Source: Thermococcus sp. JdFR-02 (GTDB taxonomy: Archaea > Methanobacteriota_B > Thermococci > Thermococcales > Thermococcaceae). Taken from it: a stretch of 45,373 nucleotides of DNA. The notes beneath the pieces were generated by a model. The model was given only the letters and a program-made list of their open reading frames with translations. It had not been told where the DNA came from and did not search any database. Below are positions 17,594-27,071 of this stretch, piece after piece. The DNA lies in the NCBI GenBank assembly GCA_002009975.1, contig MTLP01000003.1:1-45373 (forward strand), read 5' to 3'. Position numbers and translations under genes: made by a program. How positions within the stretch are numbered: position 1 is the stretch's first letter; the number at the start of each line of letters is the position of its first letter.

Positions 17594-19504
17594 TTGATGA
17601 TAAGGAATAGATTGTCTAAGAAGCTCAAAACTCTAAATAGGTATAGTACCGGTACCAAAATTTATATAATTTATATGTTCATACTTTTAATAGGTGTATC
17701 TTTCCTAATTTATATTTATACCTTTCATGAAGAATATCTATCTGGCGTATTTGCCGAAGTAGATTCTGCTAGATATCTTTTAAGCGCGGAGGCACAAGCT
17801 CAAGCTGCAATTTTGGGAATAGTAATTTCACTTACCCTGATAGCTATTCAATTAGCGTCACAGTCTTATTCAAGCAGAATTATCGAGGCTTTTGTTAAAG
17901 ATAAATGGTTATGGCTACTTTTATTGTTATATTGTATATCTATAATGTATGATTTAGTGATTCTTAGTTTAATTTCAAACAATTTCAAATATATTCAAAT
18001 ATTTGTTGTTTTAAGTCTTATTCTTATGACTTTTTCTATTGGTCTATTGTTTCCTTATATAGATTCTGTTACAAAGAAGCTATTGCCCGGGAGTATCATA
18101 AGCAGCATAAGTAATCAAATTAAAAGAGAAGAATTATTAGACGAAATAAACAATTTGACACATTCTGATTTTATTATGTTTAAATCTTTTAATGAGGAAA
18201 CATCAATTCGTCCAATATTAGATATTATAAAAGCAAGTATTTATAATAATGATCCTGTTACTGCAAAATATGGGATTAATGAAATAGCTAAAATTGCAGA
18301 AGATGTTTTCAAGTATATCTATGGCCCATCAGAAACTAAAAAAGCATTATCATTCTTTTTTGGACATATTTACGAAATATGGCAAACAACATTAATAAAA
18401 AAAGATGAATTGACCGCTATCCAGGTGGCAATATGTTTAAAGAATATTATAAAAATTGATAAAGAAACTTTAAATTATATCCCATCGTTCTATTATAAAA
18501 TATTCACTAAATCATTATTTGACACATCAATTAAGAATAATTGGGACGAATTTCTGGAAGAACTCATAGATATACATATAGAATTAGCTGACATATCTGT
18601 CAAATATAATTTGGAAAATTCATTTAATGAAGTCATTAATGCGTTAGAACAAATTGGTACCGAAACCATGAGATATGGAGACCGGTATATACATTACATT
18701 TTTATTATTAATAAAAAATTAGGCGAATTTTTGGAAAATTCTGTAGTAAAAAAGTGGGGTCCTGTTTCAGCGGATATTTTGAAATATATACAAGAAACAA
18801 GTGAATTTTTAATTGAAAATGCTAAATCACATACTATACTTGCATCAATTTTTTCTGGTGACTGGGGTAGATTTATGCCTTTAAATAATCTGGAAAGTAT
18901 AGCGAAAATTTTAATTAATAATGATTTCTATAATGATCATTGGTGGTATAAATTATTTTCGTTTTATTTATTACGGGAAGGTCCTTATTATAATATTGGA
19001 AAGAAATATGCACAAAAAATCTATGGAAATCCTTTATTTGACATAATAAAATCACTTGAAGAGATTGGAATACATGCAATTGAGCATGGATATGAAGAAG
19101 CTGTAGAAACTGTAATTAAAACTCTTACAGATATAGCGGTTGTTGATTTATATGAAGGTGGACCTAATATTGATAAATTTTTGCAAACTTTTAATGTAAT
19201 AAAAGAAAATTCACCTGATAAACTTCAAAAAAATATTTTTAAATGTGTAAATTCATCTGTAGAAGAACTAACGGAAAAAGTTATTGATATTGTGCGATCA
19301 ATAAAAGAAGATGAAAATTCAAATATATTAAGATATTGTAATCTTTTAATAGAGATGGGGCAGTATGGTTATAAGAATGTTATTGATCAAGTTTTAAGGA
19401 ATCATGCGGAGACTTCCCAGTATATACGAGGTTATAAAAAATTTGAGCAATTGAGAGACTGTTACTATGAAAAAAGTTCAGGTGAACCTCATTTTGATGC
19501 CTGA
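17594..19504 (+). CDS. DUF2254-family membrane protein with helical-repeat C-terminus (AT-rich insert)
   Basis: ARYLLSA...AAILGIVISLTLIAIQLASQSYSSRI signature; 4 TMs; strongly AT-rich. Confidence 0.75.
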   Translation: MMIRNRLSKKLKTLNRYSTGTKIYIIYMFILLIGVSFLIYIYTFHEEYLSGVFAEVDSARYLLSAEAQAQAAILGIVISLTLIAIQLASQSYSSRIIEAFVKDKWLWLLLLLYCISIMYDLVILSLISNNFKYIQIFVVLSLILMTFSIGLLFPYIDSVTKKLLPGSIISSISNQIKREELLDEINNLTHSDFIMFKSFNEETSIRPILDIIKASIYNNDPVTAKYGINEIAKIAEDVFKYIYGPSETKKALSFFFGHIYEIWQTTLIKKDELTAIQVAICLKNIIKIDKETLNYIPSFYYKIFTKSLFDTSIKNNWDEFLEELIDIHIELADISVKYNLENSFNEVINALEQIGTETMRYGDRYIHYIFIINKKLGEFLENSVVKKWGPVSADILKYIQETSEFLIENAKSHTILASIFSGDWGRFMPLNNLESIAKILINNDFYNDHWWYKLFSFYLLREGPYYNIGKKYAQKIYGNPLFDIIKSLEEIGIHAIEHGYEEAVETVIKTLTDIAVVDLYEGGPNIDKFLQTFNVIKENSPDKLQKNIFKCVNSSVEELTEKVIDIVRSIKEDENSNILRYCNLLIEMGQYGYKNVIDQVLRNHAETSQYIRGYKKFEQLRDCYYEKSSGEPHFDA

Positions 19505-19618
19505 AAAAAAGCCTCAGTACTAATCTTATTACCTAACTTGTAAAATTGAAAAATAATTGGTAAAAGAACGGGAAGCTATTATCTTGTATGTCTTTATCAC
19601 TGTGTCTTGATCTAAGTG

Positions 19619-19632
19619 TGATTCCTTTATAA
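19619..19632 (+). promoter_or_regulatory. Motif copy 8 (TGATTCCTTTATAA)
   Basis: 39 nt to ATG 19658; at the right edge of the AT-rich insert. Confidence 0.75.
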
Positions 19633-19657
19633 GCAGAGCCTTCTAATGGGGAGAGAT

Positions 19658-21937
19658 ATGCGCAAGCTCATAGCTGCGATACTGACCATTACTCTGCTCG
19701 CTGGCTTCGCCTACCTGTTGCTACACCACGAAAAGAAGATAGAGTGTAGGGCGGAGTTCAGCTATGGTGAGGATGGGAGATACATCCTTATAGACCCGCC
19801 CGGAACCGTGCTTATTAATGAGATACAGCTCAAGGACATCACATTCAGAATAAACGAGCGTGCAGACGTGTACAAGCTCTACTACAGGTGGTCGCCCGAA
19901 ACTAGGGTGAGCTTGAAGGTCTACACTGACAGAGGCGTGTGCACCATCTCAAAGAAAACACCCTCAGTTAGGGAGTCACTCACATTTGAGACTGTTGAGA
20001 GCATACCAGACCATATCTTTGTCAGGGTGGACAGTGCAGGCTACAGGGTATCCATCCTGACCTTTCAGACGCCTCTGAAAGTTGTCCTCTACAGGGGGCC
20101 TTCGGTGTTTACTGATGAGGGCGACCTTTACAGGGTCTACACTCTGCTGAAGAGGCAGCTCAGGGAAGCCGGTTTTGAAGTGGAGGAGAGCACTGAGGTA
20201 TCAGGGGATATTGCCGTGATTGCAGGGGGTGTAATCCCTCAGAACCTGAGTACAGAAACAAAGATAATCTACCTGGGCAAGACGCCGCCAGGGAAGTACA
20301 TTGCGAACCCCTCGGGAGGCATAGATAAGGGAGAGCCCATCGTCAAATTCGTCGAGAGCACATCAGATTACCTGCTGCCTGAGGGCAGAGTGAAATCGCT
20401 CTACTACCCTGCAGGGATAACAGAGTGGCTGAAAAGAAGGGAAGACGGACAGCCGGGGGTCTTTGCCTACAGAAACTTCGTCATCTACACATCAGGCATC
20501 GATGACTTCCCCTCTCCAGAGGTCTGTGCGAGGGAGGTGCTGAGGACCATCCTCAAGGGCAGGCTTGTGGAGTTTGAGGATGACAATTATATCAACGCGA
20601 AAGTGGTGCTCCCTGCGGAGCCAGGCAATTACACAGCTGTGGCTCTCGGCTGGAAGGGAAGCTTTATCTCCACCTCTAAAAAGCTCACTGTAACTGTGCC
20701 GGAGACGAAGGGTGATGTAGAGGTGAGAAGGGTCTCTAGCAGGGAGGCCAGGGTGTCTGTTTTCTCGGAAGACAAAACAGCTCTGTGGCTGGTAAACTAC
20801 TACAACGGGTACATGAGCAAGGACGTGTTCAACCTCTCCAGCCCAGTGGCGACGATCACAATCAGCCTCCATGACGGCGGCAACCTTCTCGTCTTGTACA
20901 ACTCAAAAGGTGAAGCTTTGGCAGCCCAACATGTACACGTCCCGCACTACAGAGTTGTTCTTGAGGACAATGTCCCTGTCCTCTATAGGGATGGACAGCC
21001 CTATAGCGGTGAGGTAACGCTGCTGACAAAGAGAGGTGAGAGAAGGGTCTACGTTAATGGGGGCAAACTTCCCAGAGCGGAGTTCGTCGTGGTGGACGGC
21101 TTTAACATCCCGATACCCAGAAGCCACTACAGCGTTACACCTGAACATATTCTCATCCTGATTGTGTTCCTGTTCATGGTCTTCTCAAAGCTGAAGAAAG
21201 AGGAGAAGGATGACGAACTTATCATAGTGTTCCGCAGGCCCGTCAGTCCCGGCGAGGAGGAGTCTGTGGAGATATCCGCTGAAGAGGTGGTGCACAGCAT
21301 GGAGAGGTTCTCTGAAGCCGTGGGCAGAAAATGGGTGCCTTTGAGCGCCGACGAGGTCAGGATGGCCCTTATCAAGTACGCTCCAAATGTGACCTTTCAT
21401 CCATCCCTCAAGGAAGTCAGGTCCCTTATGGATGCGATGGCCGCTGCGGGCTACGTGGTGGCCCAGGATGGGTACTACGCTCCGGAGAGGTGGTGCAGGG
21501 ATCAGAGCATGCTCCATCTGGTGATGTGCAGAGCGATCTATGAAAAGTTGGTGGAGAGGGGAGTGGCAGCGAGGATAACGACCAAGATGAGGGTGGAGGA
21601 GGTGCAGAGGGAGGTCAGGGCAACCGGAGACGGTATTGAAGTGGTTGAGAGAACCGTAAAGAAGAGGGCGAAGGTTCCAGATGTTGTGGGTGTAAAGGGC
21701 CACCGATTCTTCCTGGTGGAGTGTGAGACGGGGAAAAACAGAAATCCGAACAAAATAAAGGCGTTCATAAAGAAAGCTCAGGCGTTTCCCGAGAACTTCG
21801 TGTTCATTCTCGTAATCACCCCGGAGGCGCAGAAGATCCTCGATGCTGCCATCGAAGAGATCGGGCCAGTGCTCAGAGAGCTGGAAGAGCAGGACAGGTT
21901 CCAGCTTTACTACTACAGGGACGGGAAAATTTTCTAG
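19658..21937 (+). CDS. Membrane protein with large external beta domain and cytoplasmic PD-(D/E)XK-like C-terminus
   Basis: N-terminal anchor MRKLIAAIL; second TM ILILIVFLFMVF; C-terminal VPDVVG...FLVECETG. Confidence 0.65.
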   Translation: MRKLIAAILTITLLAGFAYLLLHHEKKIECRAEFSYGEDGRYILIDPPGTVLINEIQLKDITFRINERADVYKLYYRWSPETRVSLKVYTDRGVCTISKKTPSVRESLTFETVESIPDHIFVRVDSAGYRVSILTFQTPLKVVLYRGPSVFTDEGDLYRVYTLLKRQLREAGFEVEESTEVSGDIAVIAGGVIPQNLSTETKIIYLGKTPPGKYIANPSGGIDKGEPIVKFVESTSDYLLPEGRVKSLYYPAGITEWLKRREDGQPGVFAYRNFVIYTSGIDDFPSPEVCAREVLRTILKGRLVEFEDDNYINAKVVLPAEPGNYTAVALGWKGSFISTSKKLTVTVPETKGDVEVRRVSSREARVSVFSEDKTALWLVNYYNGYMSKDVFNLSSPVATITISLHDGGNLLVLYNSKGEALAAQHVHVPHYRVVLEDNVPVLYRDGQPYSGEVTLLTKRGERRVYVNGGKLPRAEFVVVDGFNIPIPRSHYSVTPEHILILIVFLFMVFSKLKKEEKDDELIIVFRRPVSPGEEESVEISAEEVVHSMERFSEAVGRKWVPLSADEVRMALIKYAPNVTFHPSLKEVRSLMDAMAAAGYVVAQDGYYAPERWCRDQSMLHLVMCRAIYEKLVERGVAARITTKMRVEEVQREVRATGDGIEVVERTVKKRAKVPDVVGVKGHRFFLVECETGKNRNPNKIKAFIKKAQAFPENFVFILVITPEAQKILDAAIEEIGPVLRELEEQDRFQLYYYRDGKIF

Positions 21938-21941
21938 CCCC

Positions 21942-21955
21942 TGATTCTTTTTTAA
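21942..21955 (+). promoter_or_regulatory. Motif copy 9 (TGATTCTTTTTTAA)
   Basis: 4 nt after the upstream stop; precedes tatA-DUF2226. Confidence 0.65.
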
Positions 21956-22047
21956 GGCCGTTCTGTAAAGCAGGGATGACCCGTCTTAACAATTGTAGCC
22001 ATTAGGGCCTCTTCCTTGTTGCTAAAAATAAGGAGAGGTGTTCGAAG

Positions 22048-22203
22048 ATGATTGGTACAGCCGAGTTGGTAGTTGTTGCCGGAATCGTGGTGCTGCTCTT
22101 CGGTGCCAGCAAGATACCCGAACTCGCACGCGGTCTCGGAAGAGCGAAAAGAGAATTCATAGAAGCTGCAAAAAGCGATTCGAGAAATGGCAGCGAAGAG
22201 TAG
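22048..22203 (+). CDS. tatA: Twin-arginine translocase subunit TatA/E, 51 aa, absent from the ORF track
   Basis: MIGTAELVVVAGIVVLLFGASKIPELARGLGRAKREF is the TatA consensus; GAGGTG RBS upstream. Confidence 0.92.
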   Translation: MIGTAELVVVAGIVVLLFGASKIPELARGLGRAKREFIEAAKSDSRNGSEE

Positions 22204-22205
22204 GG

Positions 22206-22736
22206 ATGTTCGGGAAAAAGGAGAAAGATATCAGGCTTCCTGTAGGGAAGCTTCTGAAGAAGGTGCACAACGCCGAAATTTCCGATATCCTGTTTAATGT
22301 GCACAGGGCCAGGGAGGTTGAATTTTCCGGGTACTTCAAGCTTTTCGTCAGGGATACTGGAGCCATAGTTAAGATACTCATTCTTGAGGGTGCGCCTGTT
22401 GCCTGCTCCATGATAAGTGGATCCTCTGTTTCCAACAGCCCTGAAAAGATTTTTAACTCACTGAAGGATGTGCTCTTTGATGTGGAGGTGTATGAGTTCG
22501 ACGACATTGACGCAATGCTGGCGAGAGACCTCAACAGATCTGTAATTCAAGACGGGTCTGGGGGAAAGCTGCGCACCTTGTTTAAATCGATGCTTCAAAG
22601 AGAGACTCCACCCCCCGAACAGCAGGTCCGCCAGACTAAAAAGCCCGCTCCAAGCAGGGATGAGCTGATGAAAAAGTACAGGCTCATAGACCCCTCTGAT
22701 GAAGAGATAGAAAGGCTGATAAGAAACGCTTTTTGA
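22206..22736 (+). CDS. DUF2226-family protein
   Basis: RLPVGK, FSGYFKL, VEVYEFD and C-terminal SRDELMKKYRLIDPSDEEIERLI; true start ATG 22206 after the tatA stop. Confidence 0.7.
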   Translation: MFGKKEKDIRLPVGKLLKKVHNAEISDILFNVHRAREVEFSGYFKLFVRDTGAIVKILILEGAPVACSMISGSSVSNSPEKIFNSLKDVLFDVEVYEFDDIDAMLARDLNRSVIQDGSGGKLRTLFKSMLQRETPPPEQQVRQTKKPAPSRDELMKKYRLIDPSDEEIERLIRNAF

Positions 22737-22915
22737 AATGGCTAGTGCAATTACACTCCATTGCAAGGTCTCGTAGTTTCGAGTAGCTTCTCTTATAATA
22801 ACCAGTAATGATGTAATAGGTGCTGTTGTGTGCCAAGGAATTTGCTGTTGAAGTACTACTGATGACAGATGTTTTTTGAGAAACCTTTTTAAACTCTGGA
22901 TAAAACTGATTAAAC

Positions 22916-23998
22916 ATGAGTGATACAGATACCAAGAAGCTGAAACTCAAAAATTTCCGTGGAGTGAAAAAAGGGGAAGTTGAACTTGGGGATATGACAA
23001 TACTTATAGGGGCGAACAACTCCGCCAAGAGCACAATACTTGAGGCAATTTTTCTTATTTCAAACCCGCTCCGCTCTGTTCCCTATATGAAGCCCGCAGA
23101 AAAAGATGTAGCCCTGCCTCTTAACGCCGTTTCACTAATTCATGAGTTGCACAAAACCCTCACTAGTGAGGGATATGCTTTTCTGCTGTATAAATACACC
23201 GCCGACTCGGCGGAAATAGGGTTAAACTTTAAGTCACGCAACATACAATTAAACTATGCATACTTACGTTTTAAAAAAACGGGTCATGAAATATTCCTAT
23301 CTACAGATATACCGACCATTACTCATAAAAATTTCCACACCCCTGCCGGAATCGTCAAAGCGTTTGGAAGTCTGGGAGTATCAGTTAATAAAACCACCCC
23401 TGAATTTTTAAATGATGTTTTACTGACAGAAGAATCCCTCTTAATCTCTTCCGAGCTTATAAAGCATGCCTACTGGTATATGCACAACAACTGGGCAAAT
23501 ATAATGAACCTTGGCATAACCAAGGAGGTTGCAAAGGACATCTCCCGTCTGGTTAATGAGAATTTTGTGAACATAACAATAGAACCATTTTTGGGAGGTA
23601 GGCTTTCAGTATTTGGCTTTCTCGAAGACGGCACTAGGATAAGGCTGGGAGACCTCGGTGCAGGTGCGCAGATATATATAACCGCTAGGATATTGTACGA
23701 ACTCACAAAGCCAAAGCTTCTGCTCTGGGACGACGTAGAGTCCCACATGAACCCCCGCATGCTTGTAAGAATAGCTGAGTGGTTCTCCGAGCTTATCAAG
23801 AATGGAGTCCAAATTGTAATCACAACCCACAGCCTTGAGGCCGCTAAAATAATCGCCGAGTTCATTGAGGATGCCAAAATCTGCACAACCACACTAAAAG
23901 ACGGCATGCTTAAAACAAGAGAACTGTCAATAGATGAAGTTAACAGCTTACTATCTGCAGGAATCGACGTTAGACTTGCAGATACGGTGATAGTGTGA
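22916..23998 (+). CDS. ABC-type (AAA_15/AAA_21-like) ATPase, putative defence or TA component
   Basis: LKNFRG, GANNSAKST Walker A, LGAG signature, LLLWDDVESHMNP Walker B, ITTHS. Confidence 0.85.
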   Translation: MSDTDTKKLKLKNFRGVKKGEVELGDMTILIGANNSAKSTILEAIFLISNPLRSVPYMKPAEKDVALPLNAVSLIHELHKTLTSEGYAFLLYKYTADSAEIGLNFKSRNIQLNYAYLRFKKTGHEIFLSTDIPTITHKNFHTPAGIVKAFGSLGVSVNKTTPEFLNDVLLTEESLLISSELIKHAYWYMHNNWANIMNLGITKEVAKDISRLVNENFVNITIEPFLGGRLSVFGFLEDGTRIRLGDLGAGAQIYITARILYELTKPKLLLWDDVESHMNPRMLVRIAEWFSELIKNGVQIVITTHSLEAAKIIAEFIEDAKICTTTLKDGMLKTRELSIDEVNSLLSAGIDVRLADTVIV

Positions 23999-24672
23999 GG
24001 CTAAAACCTCTTAGTCCACAACTTGAAGCAAAGATGAAGAAAAAATTATCAAAATTGATATCAAAAAATTTTAAAAACAATATTTTATCCGGAGATGGCG
24101 ATATTCGCTCCCTCATCATACTAGGAGATGGAGATGGAGACGATCTTGTCATCCCTATAGTTTGCCATCACCTCAACGGTGAGAAAACAGTTGGAATAAC
24201 AAAACCCGTAAATCCGAGAATAGGGGCTATAAGTGAGCTGCCAGTTATCCTCCCTCTTTTGAACGTTAATAAGATAGCCCTGGTAATGGACCAGGAAGGA
24301 GACGAATTAAAACAGCTATATAAACAAATCGAGAAGAAATTGAGGAAGATGAACGTAAAATTTGAAAAAGGAGATGCTGACAGGAGGCTTGTGCGCTATA
24401 TTTGCAAGCTTGGTCCAAGAAAATTTGAGCTTATCTTAATTATAAGTGGGATAGATGAGATGCCCTTGAAGATGCATAAAATCGAAGATCATTTACTTAA
24501 GGCTCTCTCAAAGCTTTCAAAAACAGAATATGATGTTGGAGATTCAAAGGAAGCATGGGAAGGCTTAGACAAATCTACTCAGCGAGAAGTGCTTCTGAAG
24601 CTGAAGGATTCCAGAAACCTGTGCCTTGGTATATTCTCCCAGCATTCTAAGGGTCTGGAACTTTTAGAGTAG
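23995..24672 (+). CDS. ATPase-coupled TOPRIM/DUF3226-like protein
   Basis: GTGA overlap with ATPase; LIILGDGDGD, ALVMDQE, IEDHLL acidic motifs. Confidence 0.55.
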   Translation: MRLKPLSPQLEAKMKKKLSKLISKNFKNNILSGDGDIRSLIILGDGDGDDLVIPIVCHHLNGEKTVGITKPVNPRIGAISELPVILPLLNVNKIALVMDQEGDELKQLYKQIEKKLRKMNVKFEKGDADRRLVRYICKLGPRKFELILIISGIDEMPLKMHKIEDHLLKALSKLSKTEYDVGDSKEAWEGLDKSTQREVLLKLKDSRNLCLGIFSQHSKGLELLE

Positions 24673-24784
24673 GTGGTAAAATCCTTTGCATGGATTATGT
24701 TTGGAGAATCAAGGTCTCGCAGTAATCGATAAGTATATATCTCTCCATTGTTATAAATCCTAATCACATAAACTACAAGGAGGG

Positions 24785-25090
24785 GTGATAGACATTAAAA
24801 TGTACGTAGCAACAGGGCCAATTGAATTTTCTGAAATTAGAAGGGGAATAGAGGAAGCCAAAGTACCAGAAAATGTGGTTGAACTTAAGGAAATTTTAAA
24901 ATCAATAAACAAGGAAATTAAAGAAAGCATCGAAACAGAAAGTGAGGTGACTATAGAGATTAGTGGTTCTGTTACGGTCGGAGGCTCGGGTGAACTAAAT
25001 ATAGGAATATTTAACATAGGTGGAGAAGGAGATAAACAGAAAACTGTCACAATATCCCTGACGACAAAAATAAAGCCAGAGAACAGATAG
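24785..25090 (+). CDS. Trypsin/peptidase co-occurring domain (Trypco/Pepco)-like protein
   Basis: Helix, then EVTIEISGSVTVGGSGELNIGIFNIGGEG....TVTISL beta-hairpin pattern; GGAGG RBS. Confidence 0.55.
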   Translation: MIDIKMYVATGPIEFSEIRRGIEEAKVPENVVELKEILKSINKEIKESIETESEVTIEISGSVTVGGSGELNIGIFNIGGEGDKQKTVTISLTTKIKPENR

Positions 25091-25126
25091 CAGCGTCCTT
25101 GTAATATCACGTATCAAAAGCAGTAG

Positions 25127-25918
25127 TCAGCTTCGCCTCCCAAGTATTCCCCTCAGAAACCTGTCTATAATGGACACCTTTGGTTTTGGTACCTTGTACT
25201 CATTTCCGGAAATGTCTGCTGCCAGCTTTTTAAAAGCATGAGCGGCAGGAGAGTCTGGATAGGCCTTAATCAAGGGGATGCCGTAATTCACGCAGGCTTT
25301 CATTCTGGGTTCTTCTGGAATTACTGCCATAACCTTTTTTTCTAGAATCGTCTCTATTTCCTCTGGTGCTAATTCTTCCTTCGTCCTGCTTGCTCTGTTA
25401 ACCACCACTCCCAGAATTGCAGAACCAAGCTTCTCTGCCACAACTCTGGTTTTCAGGGCATCAGACAGGCTGGGTATCTCCGGATTAACCACCAGGAGTG
25501 TATTCTGACAGGCGGAAATTGCAACAACTGTATTCTGGTTAAGCCCTGCAGGGGAGTCGACAATAAGGATATCGGTGTGGCTCGAGTCGGTCAGGTACTC
25601 TATCACATCAGACAGGGTGTCTGGGTTTATCCCTTTGAGCTTGGTTAGTTCAATTCCAGCAGGCACCACCCACAGATCCAGACCCTCGTAAGGCGTATAG
25701 ATGGCATCCTGCAAAATAGCCCTCCCTTTCAGAACATCCAGCAGACTCGTGTGCGCTGTTATCCCAAAGTGGTACTCCAGATTTGCCATCTCGATGTCTG
25801 CGTCCAGCACTGTGACCTTTTTCCCGAATTCAGCAAGAGCTATTGAGAGGTTAGCGGATATGGTGGTCTTGCCGACACCACCTTTTCCAGAGACCACCGC
25901 GATGGATGTGCTGCTCAT
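25127..25918 (-). CDS. minD: Archaeal MinD-family ATPase
   Basis: SGKGGVGKTT, DADIEMANL, DSPAG, VVNPEIPSLSDALK, IPEEP; C-terminal amphipathic IIDRFLRGILG. Confidence 0.9.
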   Translation of the reverse strand: MSSTSIAVVSGKGGVGKTTISANLSIALAEFGKKVTVLDADIEMANLEYHFGITAHTSLLDVLKGRAILQDAIYTPYEGLDLWVVPAGIELTKLKGINPDTLSDVIEYLTDSSHTDILIVDSPAGLNQNTVVAISACQNTLLVVNPEIPSLSDALKTRVVAEKLGSAILGVVVNRASRTKEELAPEEIETILEKKVMAVIPEEPRMKACVNYGIPLIKAYPDSPAAHAFKKLAADISGNEYKVPKPKVSIIDRFLRGILGRRS

Positions 25919-26109
25919 TCCCTTTCCTCCTGAATAATCATGATACAGTCATCTTTGCTGAAAATCTTGCTTTCTGGAACGTGCTTTGTTTTATTAAACT
26001 CGCTCAGTATCCTTTTCACCTCGCCGGAGAACTCACAGCGCTTGTGGTCTCCCTCTCCGCACTCTCGGAGCACCCAGAAAGGACAGGACTGCAGCTTGCA
26101 CTTATTCAC
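25915..26109 (-). CDS. Small Cys-rich putative Zn-binding protein between two MinD genes
   Basis: C-x4-C-x7-C-x7-C; overlaps both neighbours; GTG 26109 is the likely start. Confidence 0.5.
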   Translation of the reverse strand: MNKCKLQSCPFWVLRECGEGDHKRCEFSGEVKRILSEFNKTKHVPESKIFSKDDCIMIIQEERE

Positions 26110-26947
26110 CTGCCACACCCCCAAAGATGCTGTAGAGCCTCCGTGAAATAGATGAGAGAAAGCTCTCCCTAACCCTTGGCTTACCCTTCGGCTCCAGCTG
26201 ACCTGAGCATAGCATTATAACGGCTCTGGCAGCTTCCTGGAGTTCTCTAGCCGCCCTGCTCTTCGGAGCGATCAGGCTCACCGGCTTTCTCTGGTTGCAC
26301 GCATCCTCTATTTCCTGAGAGCTGGATATTGATGCGATAATTTCCAGGTTGAGGCTCTTTTCTACCTTCTCAATCTCTCTTTTTGATATTGCCTTGTTCA
26401 CTATTGCCTTTGTGATTCTGTGTTCCCCTTCCAGGTGTTCGTTAAGCTTGAGAAGCTCCCTGGCTCCCCTGAGTTCCAGGGATGTAGGAGCAGTTACCAG
26501 AATGGGTCTGAAGAGCCTTGCATAGTAGTAGTGGGACTTGGTTATTGAGCCAGGTGTGTCCACTATCACGAGCCCTATGCGGGGGTTGCTTTCCAGAGTT
26601 TTCTTGAAATACAGCAGCTTCTCGAGGGGTCCTCTGGCCTCTTCTGGGGTCTGAGCCGCGATGAGATCCTCCACCGACGAACATACCACGAAAAGCCTCT
26701 CGTAGGGTGTTCTGATCAGAACGTCCTCTATCTCCAAGTCCTCTCTGTTTATGTACTCAAACCAGCCGTTGACCTTCTCCGAGCTGTCGTCTATGTCAGT
26801 CAGAAACTCCAGGGACTTAGCAGGATCTGCAGAAATAAGTATCACGTCTGCAGAGAGCAGCTTTGTTGCCTCGTAGGCTATGTTGAAGGCTACTGTGCTC
26901 TTACCTACCCCGCCCTTGCCAGAGACTATGACTACAATCTTTGACAT
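26102..26947 (-). CDS. Divergent MinD/ParA-family ATPase
   Basis: SGKGGVGKST, ADP, VIVDTPG, IVNK; C-terminal amphipathic FLSSISRRLYSIFG. Confidence 0.85.
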   Translation of the reverse strand: MSKIVVIVSGKGGVGKSTVAFNIAYEATKLLSADVILISADPAKSLEFLTDIDDSSEKVNGWFEYINREDLEIEDVLIRTPYERLFVVCSSVEDLIAAQTPEEARGPLEKLLYFKKTLESNPRIGLVIVDTPGSITKSHYYYARLFRPILVTAPTSLELRGARELLKLNEHLEGEHRITKAIVNKAISKREIEKVEKSLNLEIIASISSSQEIEDACNQRKPVSLIAPKSRAARELQEAARAVIMLCSGQLEPKGKPRVRESFLSSISRRLYSIFGGVAGE

Positions 26948-26968
26948 CGAAGACGGGCATGTCAGAGC

Positions 26969-26983
26969 TTTATAAAAGAATCA
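26969..26983 (-). promoter_or_regulatory. Motif copy 10 (TGATTCTTTTATAAA)
   Basis: 36 nt to ATG 26947; divergent pair with copy 11. Confidence 0.75.
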
Positions 26984-27031
26984 GAGAAGCTGCTGTATGC
27001 GCAAAAAGTAGTGTTTGTGCCAGCAGCCACC

Positions 27032-27046
27032 TGATTCTTTTAAATA
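27032..27046 (+). promoter_or_regulatory. Motif copy 11 (TGATTCTTTTAAATA)
   Basis: 40 nt to ATG 27072. Confidence 0.7.
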
Positions 27047-27071
27047 TTCTTTTGGTGCCTCTGTGGCTGAA

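Noticed and set aside
21976-22005. 9-codon ORF 34 nt after motif copy 9
   Set aside because: Too short to support; could be a uORF or remnant, and tatA has its own RBS.
22038-22205. N-terminal 56 aa of the 232-aa ORF in the track
   Set aside because: Overlaps the real tatA in another frame; DUF2226 similarity begins at ATG 22206.
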